Below are positions 13,116 to 25,599 of a stretch of DNA of 64,000 nucleotides, piece after piece. Each line of letters begins with the position of its first letter. Position 1 is the first letter of the stretch. The stretch is taken from NCBI GenBank assembly GCA_030324005.1, contig JARDVH010000025.1, positions 95,461,672 to 95,525,671 of the forward strand, read 5' to 3'. Below the pieces are notes generated by a model. That model saw only the letters and a program-made list of their open reading frames with translations. It had not been told where the DNA came from and did no database searches. The translations under genes and the position numbers were made by a program. The stretch is from Negaprion brevirostris. Lineage: Eukaryota.

Positions 13116-16100
13116 TTTTAGGGTGGGCCTTGAAACCAGAACTTTCTGACTCACAGTGGAGAGTGCTACAAACTGAGCCATAGTTGACAATGGACAAAAG
13201 TTGGCATACGCCATCAATTCTTCACTGAAGACTGGCCACAAAGAATTTCTACCCCCTTTGACTGCTTTTATTTTAATGGATCACTGCAAGGTTCACTTCA
13301 ATAATGTTCAAGAGTCGAGTCTCACTGAGGGTTTGTCAGTCACAAGTGATTGTATTTCGCAGAAGCTCAAAGCTGAGTTTCCATTTGCACTTCCTAATTG
13401 AGCTTTTCCTACATTATTAGCTTGCTCTGTCTTACCTCTCAAACAGCTTCAGGTCGGATTACAATTATCACAGGAGTTGAAATTAATTCTAATGTGTATA
13501 AAACAACGTCACACAATCTAACCTGTAGATCACATTCAGATAGTTGTATTAATAGACAATTATATGGGCTTCTGCCTCTGGCAACTAAGTCCAAATCCAG
13601 TTCTGACCAAAAGAATCAAAGTTTTCTCTAAACGCTGGCTCTAAAGACTTCTGATTACTGTAAGAAATCTCACAACACCACTTCATCAGCTTGTCTTTAC
13701 AGATAAACCTGTTGGACTTTAACCTGGTTTTGTGAAACTTCTTACTGTGCTCACCCCAGTCCAACACATCATGGTTTCTGATTAAACAGTAGTAATGTGT
13801 GATGTAGACAGTACAGATTCACCAGGGGCAGGTTGCATACAGTACAGGCATTCTAGTTTTCTAAAATGAGTTAACAGGTCTGAATTCAATTCCTAAGGAA
13901 TCATTAAATGGGCATCCTCACACACCAGCCATAAGATGACCAACAGAAATGATAATAAAGTGCCACACTCATGCATAAGAGCAAATGTGCAGTTTTCTAG
14001 GTAGAGGCAAGTGCCATTGAGTTAAAGACACTTTAACTTGCACTAAATCAGACTTTGCTAAAACTGAGAGTGATTGATACTGACAACACAAAAGTAGCAC
14101 ACTCCCCCAATACCAACATCCCTCACTTTGAGAAATAGAAAATTCACAAAACAAATTATAAAACATGGTTAATTCAACAATTGTTTAAATAGAACAGGCT
14201 GATATAGTTTGATGACAAACCTAAAATGATTGTTAATAAAAATCCAATAATTTGAACATTTTCTTCAGATTTTATAATTGCATACAGTGTCCACTTCATT
14301 ATATTCATCACAATAATCTGGTGGAGTGCATAGATTGTACAGTAATTACATCACAAATGACAACAAATTGTGCACTAGTATCAGCATCTTAAAATAAGGA
14401 AATAGATTACAAAGAAATTAAATGAGACTGGGAAAGTGAGCCTAAGACATGTTTCATGAAACACCAAAGTTTCCATGCACTTAAGTTTGGAAAGGTAGAG
14501 CTCATGGCAGTGGAGAGTGCTACAAACTGAGTCATAGTTGACAATGGATAAAACACTCCTAACTTTTCCAGCTGTGATATTTCTCGTGCACACGACCATC
14601 TCCCTTTCACTTGTTTGTTCGCCTTTGTTTCCCCTGTCAGGCACAGCAGTCAGCTGGATGCCATTAAGACAATTAATTTGTTCTGTCTGTTTCCATATAG
14701 ACAGGCCAAGATTTGCCAGCTGGACTATGGAACAGCCTGTACTCTTTAAACAGTTGCCATTTTCTCAGGAAATCAAATTTACATTTAATTCATATTTCAT
14801 AAACAAAAGCATGAAAACCATATCATGGCTTCCTGCTTTAACCTTTTTGTACACATCTTTGAGAAGCATTTTGTTTGATCGTTGCTTTAGGTTTCTTTCA
14901 TGGCCAGATATGTAGGTGGAGATTCTGTACTTGCTTTCCCATACAGAACATATGGGTGCAATTAAGAAGCAACATCAGACCTATACTTTGTTAATATTAA
15001 ATTGATAGAAAGCTAGCCAGCGCTACTTGTGCTATTCATTAGCAGTTCACTTAATTTGAGGTCTGAAAGCAGTGTATCCATGGTACTATTTAAAGTCAGT
15101 CTGCACCTATTTGCTCTCCCAGATCAATCTGCCGGTTCTTCCTGCTGCTGCTGGTTGAAACTCGGTAAGTCTTTCTAGTTAACACATCATTTTAGCCCTG
15201 TGACTACCCAAGCTGGGCAATAAGGACACAAAAATATTCTTTAAAATTAGCAGAAATCTTTATTGAGAGTCTTTTGGGAGTCTGCTCCCCTCAACTTCAA
15301 TCTCCATTTAAACCTACCGGAAAGAGACTCTTAGTCAGGCACACTGTTGGAGTTGGAATGCCGTACTGCTAGAAGCACTAAGACAGTAGCTGTAAATACA
15401 AAGAATAAATTAAGCTTGTGAAACATTTTTGGATCAATATAACTACAACAGTGAAATATCAAAAGATGCAACTGCAGTAAAAGATGTAGTGCTATTTTTA
15501 GCAGTCTCCTAATGCACTGACACTAATCAGTTTACTTAATTGTGGTAAGAAGTTAGTTTAACATTAAAGGTACCAATTAGGGACTATTTGCAGTCCAAAT
15601 GCACTGTTTGTTGAAGAGCAGGCATTGCACTTTTATAGTTCAGCTTGAAAGAAGTCGAGCATTTAACAGGTCTACAAACGAAAGATGATTGCCATTTTTG
15701 TTCTCTCCTTTGTTCAACAATAATAGCAGTTTATATTTAAACATCACATTTAATGTAACAAAATGCCCTGAGGCACTTTGAAGGAGCAATATAAAACAAA
15801 ATATGAGCAACCTAAGGAGGTGTCATGCCACAGGAATTCTGCCCAAAGGGAGCTCATTGTTTGCTGAAGATTCACTTTGTTCTTGGGTTCTTGCCATTGC
15901 CTTCTTGAGTGAGGAGGCCAGAGTGGAAATCAAACCCACAAATGTCAGTGTTATTCTGAACTGCATGATAACGATTGTGTCGTAAGTTCGGGATCTGGAT
16001 GGGGTTTCTTTAGGGTTTGCACATTGCCCTAAGAATGCTACCATAGACTGTTATTGAAAACCATTCTTGGTTATTTACAGTTCTGTACGTGTATATAATT

Positions 16101-16239
16101 ACTCTACGCAAGGTTATACTTCTGCTTCTCATCATACCTCAGTCTCTTAATCATTTGTCATTGCATCATAGTCACATCAATAGTTACATCAGGTGATGTT
16201 AACCCTTTACTCTACAACCATCCAGCCAACTGTGTTAAC

Positions 16240-16570
16240 TGGCCCCTTATAAGGAGATATGAGGTGGGAAAAGCAAAGATTTGGTGGGGTAGCTATAATC
16301 GGAATGCCGAAGAAGCCAGAATTAGATGAGTGCGGATATTTTAGTGAGTTATGGGCTGGAGGAGATTACAGAGATAGGGAGGGGCAAAGCCATGAAGGGA
16401 TTTGGAAATGAGGAGGAGAATTTTAAGTTCAAGGTATTGCTTTATTAGAGCCGATGTATGTTAGTGAGTAAAGGGGTTATAGATAAACACAAGTTGACAT
16501 ATGGGCAGCAGAGTTTTGGCTGATCTCAAGTTTACGGATGGAAATATGGGGGACAAGCCAGGGATGCCTA
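16240..16570 (-). mobile_element. L2 LINE 3' fragment
   Basis: Reverse complement of the L2 C-terminal region (ggagattacagagatagggagggg...gagaattttaa). Confidence 0.55.
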
Positions 16571-17309
16571 TTACAAATTGATTTATAGGTTATAGTTTTA
16601 AACATAAAAATTGAACAATAAGACTACTTGTCTCCTTGATTATCATTGTACTATTACAAACTATTTAAGTAGATGATTCAATGTATAAAACATGACATAA
16701 TAGACAAATGGGAGATGGAAACTTTATCAAATTGAGGTTCACAAGCTGCCACCATCCCTTCTTAATGTTTGGAATAAATTAACTCGATAAAGGAGATATG
16801 CAACATTCATTGAATTATTCTGATCTGCTGCGCAACAATTAGATTTCGCAGAGGACTGCAATAGAAAGAGCCACAATGATCTAGAGACAGGGACTCTTTG
16901 AGGATCCCTGATCTTGCATCTTGCACAAATTGCGTAATAGTTTTACTGTTCATTTCTAACGACAGGCAAATGCCATGAATGCAAGCCACCATAAGCAAGA
17001 GACTGTATAACCTTTCATAATCCCGAATATATCTGTCATCTGACCCTTACTCTTCCCAGCACTCTTGAAAATATCTCTAATTTATTCAGTTTCAACTCCA
17101 ACCTCCTTCTTTGCAACAACCTAGGGAACAACCTACACCTTTTCTATTGTTTTTTTAAATCCTTCCCATTGTGATGTGGCCTAAGCATTACTTAATGTGC
17201 CAAAAGCAACAGAGCTAAGGAGTGTAATCCAACATAACTGATTTGTTTTTGTACTTAATGTCTCTAAATACAAAAACAAGGATTCAATTTACCTCCTTTC
17301 CGGCGTCAC

Positions 17310-17735
17310 TAGCCTTGGTTCAACTGGTAACACTCTGGCTCTGAATCAAAGCATTGTGGTCCATTCTAAAGCCTTGAGAGTGTAAATATAGGCTGACACT
17401 CCAGTGCATAACTGAGGTAGTACAAAGTGATGGTGGTCTTTCAGATGGGACATTAAAGTTAGACTCTGTCTGTTCTTTCAGATGGATATAAAAGATCCAA
17501 TGGCACTACTGGGTAAAGAGCAAGGGAGTTTTCCCTGATATCTTAGCCAATATTTATCTACCAACCAATATTGTTGAAGCAGATTATATAATTACAATCT
17601 CATTGCTGGGACCTTGCTGTGAAGAAATTTGTTGCAGTACAATACTGACAAATTTCAAAAGTACTTTATTAGCTGTAATGTGCTTTCTTGAATATGTGAT
17701 TGTGAAAGGAGCTGCATAAATGAAGGCTTCTTTTA
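17310..17735 (+). mobile_element. Deu-domain tRNA SINE (SacSINE1/AmnSINE-like)
   Basis: tRNA-like head, gctgacactccagtg, ttcagatgg...aaagatccaatggcact...gggagttttccc...aatatttatc central domain. A related degenerate copy lies at about 51410-51835. Confidence 0.6.
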
Positions 17736-18999
17736 TCTATTGACTCTCCATTCTTAATAACTTATGTATCATACACCAAAGTCCTTCTGTTCCTCCAGAC
17801 TATTGTGAATTTTATTAATTAAGGCATATCCCTTTTCCTGGGCCTACTTTCAAAATGTTTTATTTTTCTACATCTGCGTATCTGGCTGTTCTGCTAGTCA
17901 GGTATGTTCTCTTGCAGTCTTTCACAACTCTCACCACAATGTGAGGTCACCAACAAATTTTGATAAATATATTATTCCCTAAGTGCATCAAGGATGTTTA
18001 TAATGATCTAAGATTAGCTCCTGCACTGATCTCTGTTAAATACTATTCAACGTATCTTTCCAATCTGAGAAATGTCTTGTCATCATGTCTATTGCCTTCA
18101 GACTTCTATGCATCTGGTGCACGTGTCCTTATTTCTATTATCTTCTGTTATGTGATACTTCGTCAAATGCTTTTTAGAAAATCCAGGTAAGCTTTCTCGG
18201 CTGAAGCGGCATCCAGTCAGGATCGTAAATGAGGAAAATGTTATAGGAAAAAAGTGAAGACACTTGCTTATGTAAAGAGTCAAAACATGCAGAGGACATT
18301 TGAAATTAATTTATGTATCATATTATTTTATATGGTAAACATGTTAGAAATTATTACAGATCAATTCAATTTCAAACCTATTCCTGACCCTAGTTCATAT
18401 GTATTTACGTTTGTATGTGGACAAACCAAATACATAGATACATAATTTATGTACACAACAACAGGTCAGAGGAGGATGGAGGGAAGGTCATTGATGCAGC
18501 ACTTGGAAGACGTTTGAACCAAGGACACTGTCCTGAGGAATTCCTGCAGTGATGCCCTGGGACTGAGATGATTGACCTCCAATTACCATGTCCATCTGCC
18601 TTCACGCTCAGTGTGACTCCAATCAGAGGAGAGTTTTCTCACTGAATCCATTGATTCCAGTTTTGATGGGCTCTGTAATGCTATATTTGGTCAAATGCTG
18701 CCTTAATACGAATAGTCACTCTCACCTCATATCTGTGGGAAATGATAGGGAGAAAAAATGAAGATGCTCATTTAGAGCTAATTTCAGTGAGCTGAAAAGG
18801 TTATCTGGCCCAGGTGGATTGGAATCAAAGTTTGGCAAGTAAAAGAATAAATCAACAATGGGAGGCCTTCAAAAAGGAAAAAGTTCTAATACATTCTAGG
18901 CACATTCCTCTGAGGTGTGGAAGGAAGGGCATCCAAAGTTCAAGTTCCCTGGATAACTAAATAAATTTAAATTAAAATGAACCAGAAAAAGGAGACTTT

Positions 19000-19710
19000 T
19001 AAGTCTATTTATTAGTCACAAGTAGGCTTACGTTAACACTGCAATGTAGTTACTGTGAAAATGCCCTAGTTGTCACACTCTGGCACTTGTTCAGGTACAC
19101 TGAGGGAGAATTTATCATGGCCAATGCACCTAACCAGCATGTCTTTCAAACTGTGGGAGCAAACCAGAGCACCCAAAGGAAACCTGCACAGGCACGAGGG
19201 GAACACGCAGACATGACCCAAGCCAGGAATTGAATCTGGGTCCTTGGTGCTGTGAGGAAAGCAATGCTAATCACTGTGCACTGTGCTTCCCTCACTGTGC
19301 CACCGTGCTGCTCTGCAAATCTCTGGTGTAGGGATTCAAGCCAAATACAGAAAGGACAGAGGAGAAAGTAAATTGCTTCAATTTTGTTTTAAATTTAAAG
19401 TTTATTTATTTGTGTCACAAGTAGGCTCACATTAACACTGCAATGAAATTACTGTGGAAATCCCTTAGTCACCACACTCCAGTGTTATTCAGATACACTG
19501 AGGGAGAATTTAGCATGGCCATTGCACTTAGTAAGAAGACTCACAACACTAGGTTAAAGTCCAACAGGTTTATTTGGTAGCAAATGCCATTAGATTTTGG
19601 GGCTAGTGGCATTTGCTACCAAATAAACCTATTGGACTTTAACCTGGTGTTGTGAGACTTCTTATTGTACCCCTGTCCAATGCCGGCATTGCACTTAACC
19701 AGCACGACTG
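19000..19710 (-). mobile_element. Two HE1-like SINE copies, the second interrupted by a Penelope-derived palindrome
   Basis: Repeated tail gtcacaagtaggcttac.ttaacactgcaatg at about 19015 and 19414; SINE head near 19310. Confidence 0.75.
19531..19686. repeat. Penelope-derived palindromic element with 11-bp flanking duplication
   Basis: Arms of about 62 bp, taagaagactcacaacac...gccattag / ctagtggc...gtgagacttctta (19532-19664). Flanked by cattgcactta at 19520-19530 and 19687-19697. Related copies at about 13660-13770, 39350-39425 and 46840-46870. Confidence 0.7.
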
Positions 19711-20274
19711 AGCAGAAATGACAAAAGGACAATCACTACCCCATCGCATTCCTTTCACCATTCTCCTTTAACTACCCTTTTAACACAAACTCCTGTCCCT
19801 TACTTCCTTTAACACCATCCAGTTCAATTCAATCTGAGGGTCGAGATGAGTATCAGCAGCCTGACCTTCAGCTTATGTTCCATCTCCACCTGCTATCCAA
19901 ACNNNNNNNNNNATGGTGCTCTGGCACCATCATTCTTTCTCGGTGTCACAGGTGTCATTTATTTTATCGTGTTGCTGTATTGGAGCAGTTTCAATTCTCA
20001 AAGATTGCTGACTATAAAACATTCTAACTTTATGGTAGCATATTTACAGTTATGGGAACACCCAACACTGTCTTTTGAGTGTAGTTTCTCCCCAGGTCTC
20101 AGGTCACAAGCGTATGTCACCTTCTTCCTCCACATCACAAGTTGTTACAATTAGACTGTTGGTGGGACTNNNNNNNNNNNNNNNNNNNNNNNNNNNNNNN
20201 NNNNNNNNNNACATCCTTTGACTTTTCTAGAAACTCAATAACTTCAGTCTCCTAGTTATTCCCAACAATTCAAT

Positions 20275-21100
20275 ATTCTGCAGCCCCATTCAGTCCATTG
20301 AGCCTGTTCCCCCTTTTCATATGATCATGGCTGATTGGACACTTGAATGCCTTTTACACCCACTAATTATCTCCATAACCCTTTGCATTATTGTTGATCA
20401 GAAGTCTATCAATCTCTGCTTTAAATATATGGAATGATTGAGCTTCCACAGCCCTCTGGGATACAGAATTCCAAAGATTCACAACCCCCTGAGTAAAAAA
20501 ATTTCTCCTCATCTTAGTCCTAAGCGGCATCCCCCTTATTTTGAAATTGTGCCCTTTGGTTCTAGACTCCCCAACCAAGGGAAATATCTTATCTGTATCT
20601 CTCTGTCTAATCCTTTGAGTATTTTGTAGGATTCAATAAATCACCTCTCATTCTTTGAAAGTCTACAAAAAACAGGCCCAGTTTGGCCAATCTCTCAATA
20701 TAAGACAGTCCTGACATCCCTGGAACAAGTCTGGTAAACCTCTGTTACATTGCTTCTGTGGCAATAATATCCTTTCTGAGGTAAGGAGACAAAAAATGCA
20801 CACAGTACTGTGGGTGCAGTCTAACCAAGCTTCTATACGTTTGAAGCAAGACCTCACTACTGTACTGAAATTCTTTTGTGATAAAGGCTAATATTCCATT
20901 AGCCTTCCTAATAGCTTGCTGCAACTGCATGCTAGTCTTCAGTTACTTATGGACAAGGAGCACCCCCCACACACACCCCCACCCCCCACACAGACCCTTT
21001 GTACATTTAAGCTTTCTAATTTCTTAACCATTTAGGAAATACTCTGCACACCTGCTCCTTCTAGTAAAATAGATTTCCTCATATTTTTCCCACATTATGT
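20275..21100 (-). mobile_element. CR1 3' fragment
   Basis: Minus-strand ORFs RRNFFTQGVVNLWNS and LVRLHPQYCVHFLSPYLRKD. Confidence 0.85.
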
Positions 21101-21129
21101 GGAAAGGTAGGAATCTGTGTCCACAATTT

Positions 21130-23400
21130 TCTCCCCTGGAGTAAATCACACAGAGTTAATCCACTCTGCAAGGGTGAAGATCAGTAATTCAAGAGCACCA
21201 CTTGAAAATCCTTTCTTTTGGTAATTCCTCTACAGTTCGGGCACCTTCTTCACTTTTCCATTAGCCTATGAAAATCTTGGTGAACATGTTGCATGAACAA
21301 ATCCAACTCATTCTGGAAATTCTTGTAATACAATATTTATGAATTGTGGACCATCATCTGATATTACAACATCAAAAATCCCCTGGACTAAACAAATTTC
21401 TTTCAAAGACTTTGATGCATGACCAGATAATTGTTTTGCTTCAATCCACTTCGAATAGTAATCTATTGCTGTTATAAACATTTCCTCTCTATGCTCAAGT
21501 ACTCCATTCGTAGGCATACCCATGCCTTTGTAGAAAAATAAGATTATGTTTATGATTCTTTTCATTTGTGTCTGTATCTTAAATATTGGGATATCATTTC
21601 TTCCAATAAGTTTGAGAGATCTAGGCTCCAACCTGTGTAGCATGCTCTGTCTCTGCACTTAAATGATCCTGAAGTAGATACTGTGAGATCATTGGGTCAT
21701 TGGGCTTCATAGCGAGAGGATTTGAGTATAGGAATAGGGATGTTTTACTACAGTTGTTTAGACTGTTGGTGAGGCCACACTTCGAGTGCTGTGTGCAGTT
21801 TTGATGTCCTTATTTGAGGAAGGATGTTCTTGCTATGGAGCATGTGCAGTAATGGTGGGACTGTCATATGAGGAGAGACTAAGTCAGTTTGGATTGTATT
21901 AATTGGCGTTTAGAAGAGTGCAAGGAGAAACTTATAAAATTCTAACAGGGTTAGACAGGGTAGATTCAGAAAAGAAATTTCCCGATGATCGGGGTGTCCA
22001 GAACTATGGGTCATCATTCAAGGATAAGATAAACCTCTTAGGACTGAATTGAGGAGAAATGCCTTCACTCAGAGAGTGATCAGTCTGTGAAACTCACTAC
22101 CACAGAAAGTAGCTGAGGCCAAAACATTTCAGGAAGGGATTAAATATAGCTCTTGGGACTAAAAGGATCAAGGGGATATGGGGGGCGGAGGAGGCAGGAA
22201 CATGGTGTTTAATTTGATGATCAGTCATGATCATAATAAACGGAGGAGCAGGCTCGAAGGGCTGAATGGCCTCCCCTGCTTCTATTTTCTAGGTATGTTT
22301 CTGTGTTTCTTAATTGCCAGTTCTCTTGGGATTATTTTCTAGCATCGTTTAACAATAAGTCATTGATCACCATCAGATGTGTTCACTGCTTGAAATACTG
22401 TCTCAGAATAGTATTATCTGGTGTCTATGTTTGCCATCCTCCAATATAAAATTCTCTGATCTGCTTACATTCTGCATTTGACTTCTGAACTTCTCTGATT
22501 TCACTCAATTTTTGTGTAGCTAGCAGTTATGTATAGACTATCATTATAGCAAAGTCCTTGACCTCTTCCATAAATTCAGTATAATTTTCCTGAATTCTCT
22601 GTTTCCATGCATGATGATACACTTGCTGTGCCCTGTTGTTTCCCTTGAACATATACCGAGTGAGCATCAAACCTCATCAATCTTAATTTAAACTTTGAAC
22701 TCTTGATGCAACGCGGCAAGCTCTTTCAAATTCATTAGCGTGACTAAAGGTTTATGATCTGTTTCTATCATAAAGTGGAAACCTAAATGTAGTCAGCACA
22801 TTACTCGCACATACACATGGCTGTTAATGCTGCCTTTTTGATTCTGCATATCTCTTCTCTGTATCTGTTCATGACCACAATGTGTTATACTCTGGTCTAT
22901 ACTTTCTATCCCTTTTTACCTGATGAAGTACTGAACACAATCCTGTGGAGAATGCATGCCTTGCTATTTTTGTAGCTAACTACCTGTGGATCGTAACTGC
23001 TGGTATCTCTGACGATATCAACCTCTCTTTTGATTTTGCAAATAATTTTTGATGTGCTTCTTCCCAGTTCCATTCATTGTTTTGCAACAATTGACACAGT
23101 ACTGGGCAAAATTTTCCCAGCCCACCCATTCCGGGAATTGTAGTGGGCCTGGAGCACACCATAAAAAGGTCCGTTGACTTCAGGCGAGATTTTCCAGGCT
23201 TGGAGTGAGTGTGGCTGGAAAATCCCACCCAGTGGCTCAATGAGCTCTGTTTAATTTCTAGAAATTTTGCTGCTTGATTCACCATTCTCATGAGCCTTTG
23301 TAACTCTATGACGTTCCTTGGAGTTGGAAATTCTTTTATGACTCTGGTCTTCAGTGGATCGACTTTTAGTCCTGATGAATTTACTATGTGACCAGTTTGA
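21130..23400 (-). mobile_element. Degenerate Gypsy pol (RT-RNase H-integrase), interrupted by a CR1 at about 21685-22310 and a small palindromic element at about 23100-23230
   Basis: IDYYSKWIE...GIFDVVISDDGPQF (integrase), FHFMIETDHKPLV (RNase H, about 22740-22790), QLLQNNEWNWEEAHQKLF (RT connection). Confidence 0.75.
21685..22310 (+). mobile_element. CR1 3' fragment nested in the Gypsy remnant
   Basis: gtgaggccacacttcgagtgctgtgtgcagtttt and a CR1 3' UTR. Confidence 0.8.
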
Positions 23401-23524
23401 GTATTTTTAAAGCAGCTTGAGGAGTTTTAAAGCAGTTTGAGTATTTTTTTAGAATCTTATAGCATGATGTCATGGCGTGATAGAGAACCTTTAAAGATCA
23501 ATGTTTAGGTTAACAGAACAAATG

Positions 23525-25050
23525 CCATGAAAGCACCTGCAGAATTCACAAGGAAATGTAGGGACCAGGAAAAATGCAGAGTTGAAGGAAATTAAAATAA
23601 GTAAGAAGGTTGTGTTGGAAAAATTAATGGGAATGTAAGTTGATAAGTCCCTGTGACCTAATAATATGAATCCTAGAATTTGAAAGAGATTGCTATAGAG
23701 ATAGTGAATTGGTGATCATCTTCCCAGATTCTATAGATCCTGGAGTGGTTCCTGAAGATTGGAAGATAGTAAATGTCACCCCAGTGTTAAAGAAGGGCAG
23801 GAGGGAGAAAACAGGGAATGATAGACCTTTCAGCCTTACATCTGTGTAGGTATAATGTTAGAATCTGTTGTAGAGGATGTGATAAATGGACATTTAGACA
23901 ATCACAATCAGACTGGACAATCAGCATGGATTTATGAATGAGAAATCATGTTTAATGAACTGTTTGAAATAGTTTGAGGATGTAACAAAATTGATAAATG
24001 AGAGTTGATGGGTGTAGCATATTTGGACTTTCAGAAGGCTTTTGCAAAAGTCCTCCACAGGAGGTTGATTAGCAAAACAGAAGCACAGGGGACAGGGGGC
24101 ATACTGACATGGATTGGGGATTGGCTGACAGGCAGAATGAGAGCAGAAATGATCAGGTCATGCTCGCATTGGTAGGCTGTGGCTGGTGGGATACCATAAA
24201 AATCAGTACTTGGGCCCCAGATAGTCAAAATATATATTAATGATTTGGATATGGGAACCAAATATAATATAGTTATGTGAGAATGTGCGCTGTGAGGAAG
24301 GTTTAGAGCGGCTACGGGAGAATTTGGACAGACTTAGTGAGTGGGCAAAAACATAGCAGATGGAATATAATGTGGAAAATGTGAGATAATATATTTTGAT
24401 AGAAGGAACAGATGTGCAGAGTATTTCCTAAGTGGTGAGAAATTGGAAAGTGTAGATGTACAAAGGGACCTAGAGGTTCTTATTCATTAAGTTACTTAAG
24501 GCTAGCATGCAGGTGCAGCAAGTTATTGGAAAAGCTAATGGAGTGTGAGCCTTTAACACAAGAGGATTTGAGTACAGGAATAATGAGGTCTTGTTTCAAC
24601 TGTATAGAGGTTTTGTTAGACTGCACCCAGAATACTCTGAAATTTTGGTTACCTTATCTCAGAAAGGGTATTATTGCCATAGAGAGAGTGCAAGAGATTT
24701 GCTGGACTTGTTCCAGGGATGTCAGGACTGTCTTATGAAGAGAGATTGGGCAAATTGGGTCTGTATTCTCTAGAGTTTTGAAGAATGAGAGGTGATCTCA
24801 TTGAAACCCATAAAATGCTTAAAGGAATAGACGGGGTAGATGCAGATATAAAGTTTTCCTTCATTGGGAAGTTTAGAACCCGGGGCACAATTTCAAAACA
24901 AAAGGGAAGTGACTTAGGACTAAGGTGAGGAGAACTTTCTTTACACAGAGTGTTGTGAATCTTTGGAATTCTCTACCCCAGAGGATTGTGGAAGCTTAGT
25001 CATTGAGGTGGAGATTGATAGATTTCTGATTAACTATAATGTGAAGAGTT
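23525..25050 (+). mobile_element. CR1 RT fragment
   Basis: Degenerate RT motifs (YRP-SLT, QHGF, YLDFQKAF, FFTQSVVNLWNSLP). Confidence 0.85.
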
Positions 25051-25590
25051 ACATAGAAACATACATAGAAACATAGAACAATACTGCATAGTACAGGCCC
25101 TTTGGCCCTCGATGTTGTGCCAAGCTTTGTCCGAAACCAAGGTCAAGCTATCCCACTCCCAATCATTCTGGTGTGCTCCATGTGCCTATCCAATAACCAC
25201 TTGAAAGTTCCTAAAGTATCCGACTCCACTATCACAGCAGGCAGTCCATTCCATGCCCCAACCACTCTGAGTAAAGAATCTACCTTAGACATCCGTCCTA
25301 TATCTTCCACCATGAACCTTAAAGTTATGCCCCCTAGTAAAGGCTACATTCACCCAAGGAAATAGTCTCTGCACATCCGTTCTACCAACCCCCCTCATCA
25401 TCTTATAAACCTCTATTAAGTCGCCTCTCATCCTCCTCCGCTCTAAAGAGAAAAGCCCCAGCTCCCTCAATCTTTCCTCATAAAAACCTACTCTCCAAAC
25501 CAGACAGCATCCTGGTAAATCTCCTCTGCACTCTCTCCAATACTTCCACATCCTTCTTATTGTGAGGTGACCAGAAGCGCACTCAATATT
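25051..25590 (-). mobile_element. Younger CR1 3' end with (catagaaa)-type tail
   Basis: YEERLRELGLFSLERRRMRGDLIEVYKMMRG ORF; tail repeat acatagaaacatacatagaaacatagaaca. Confidence 0.85.
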
Positions 25591-25599
25591 GTGCAACGA

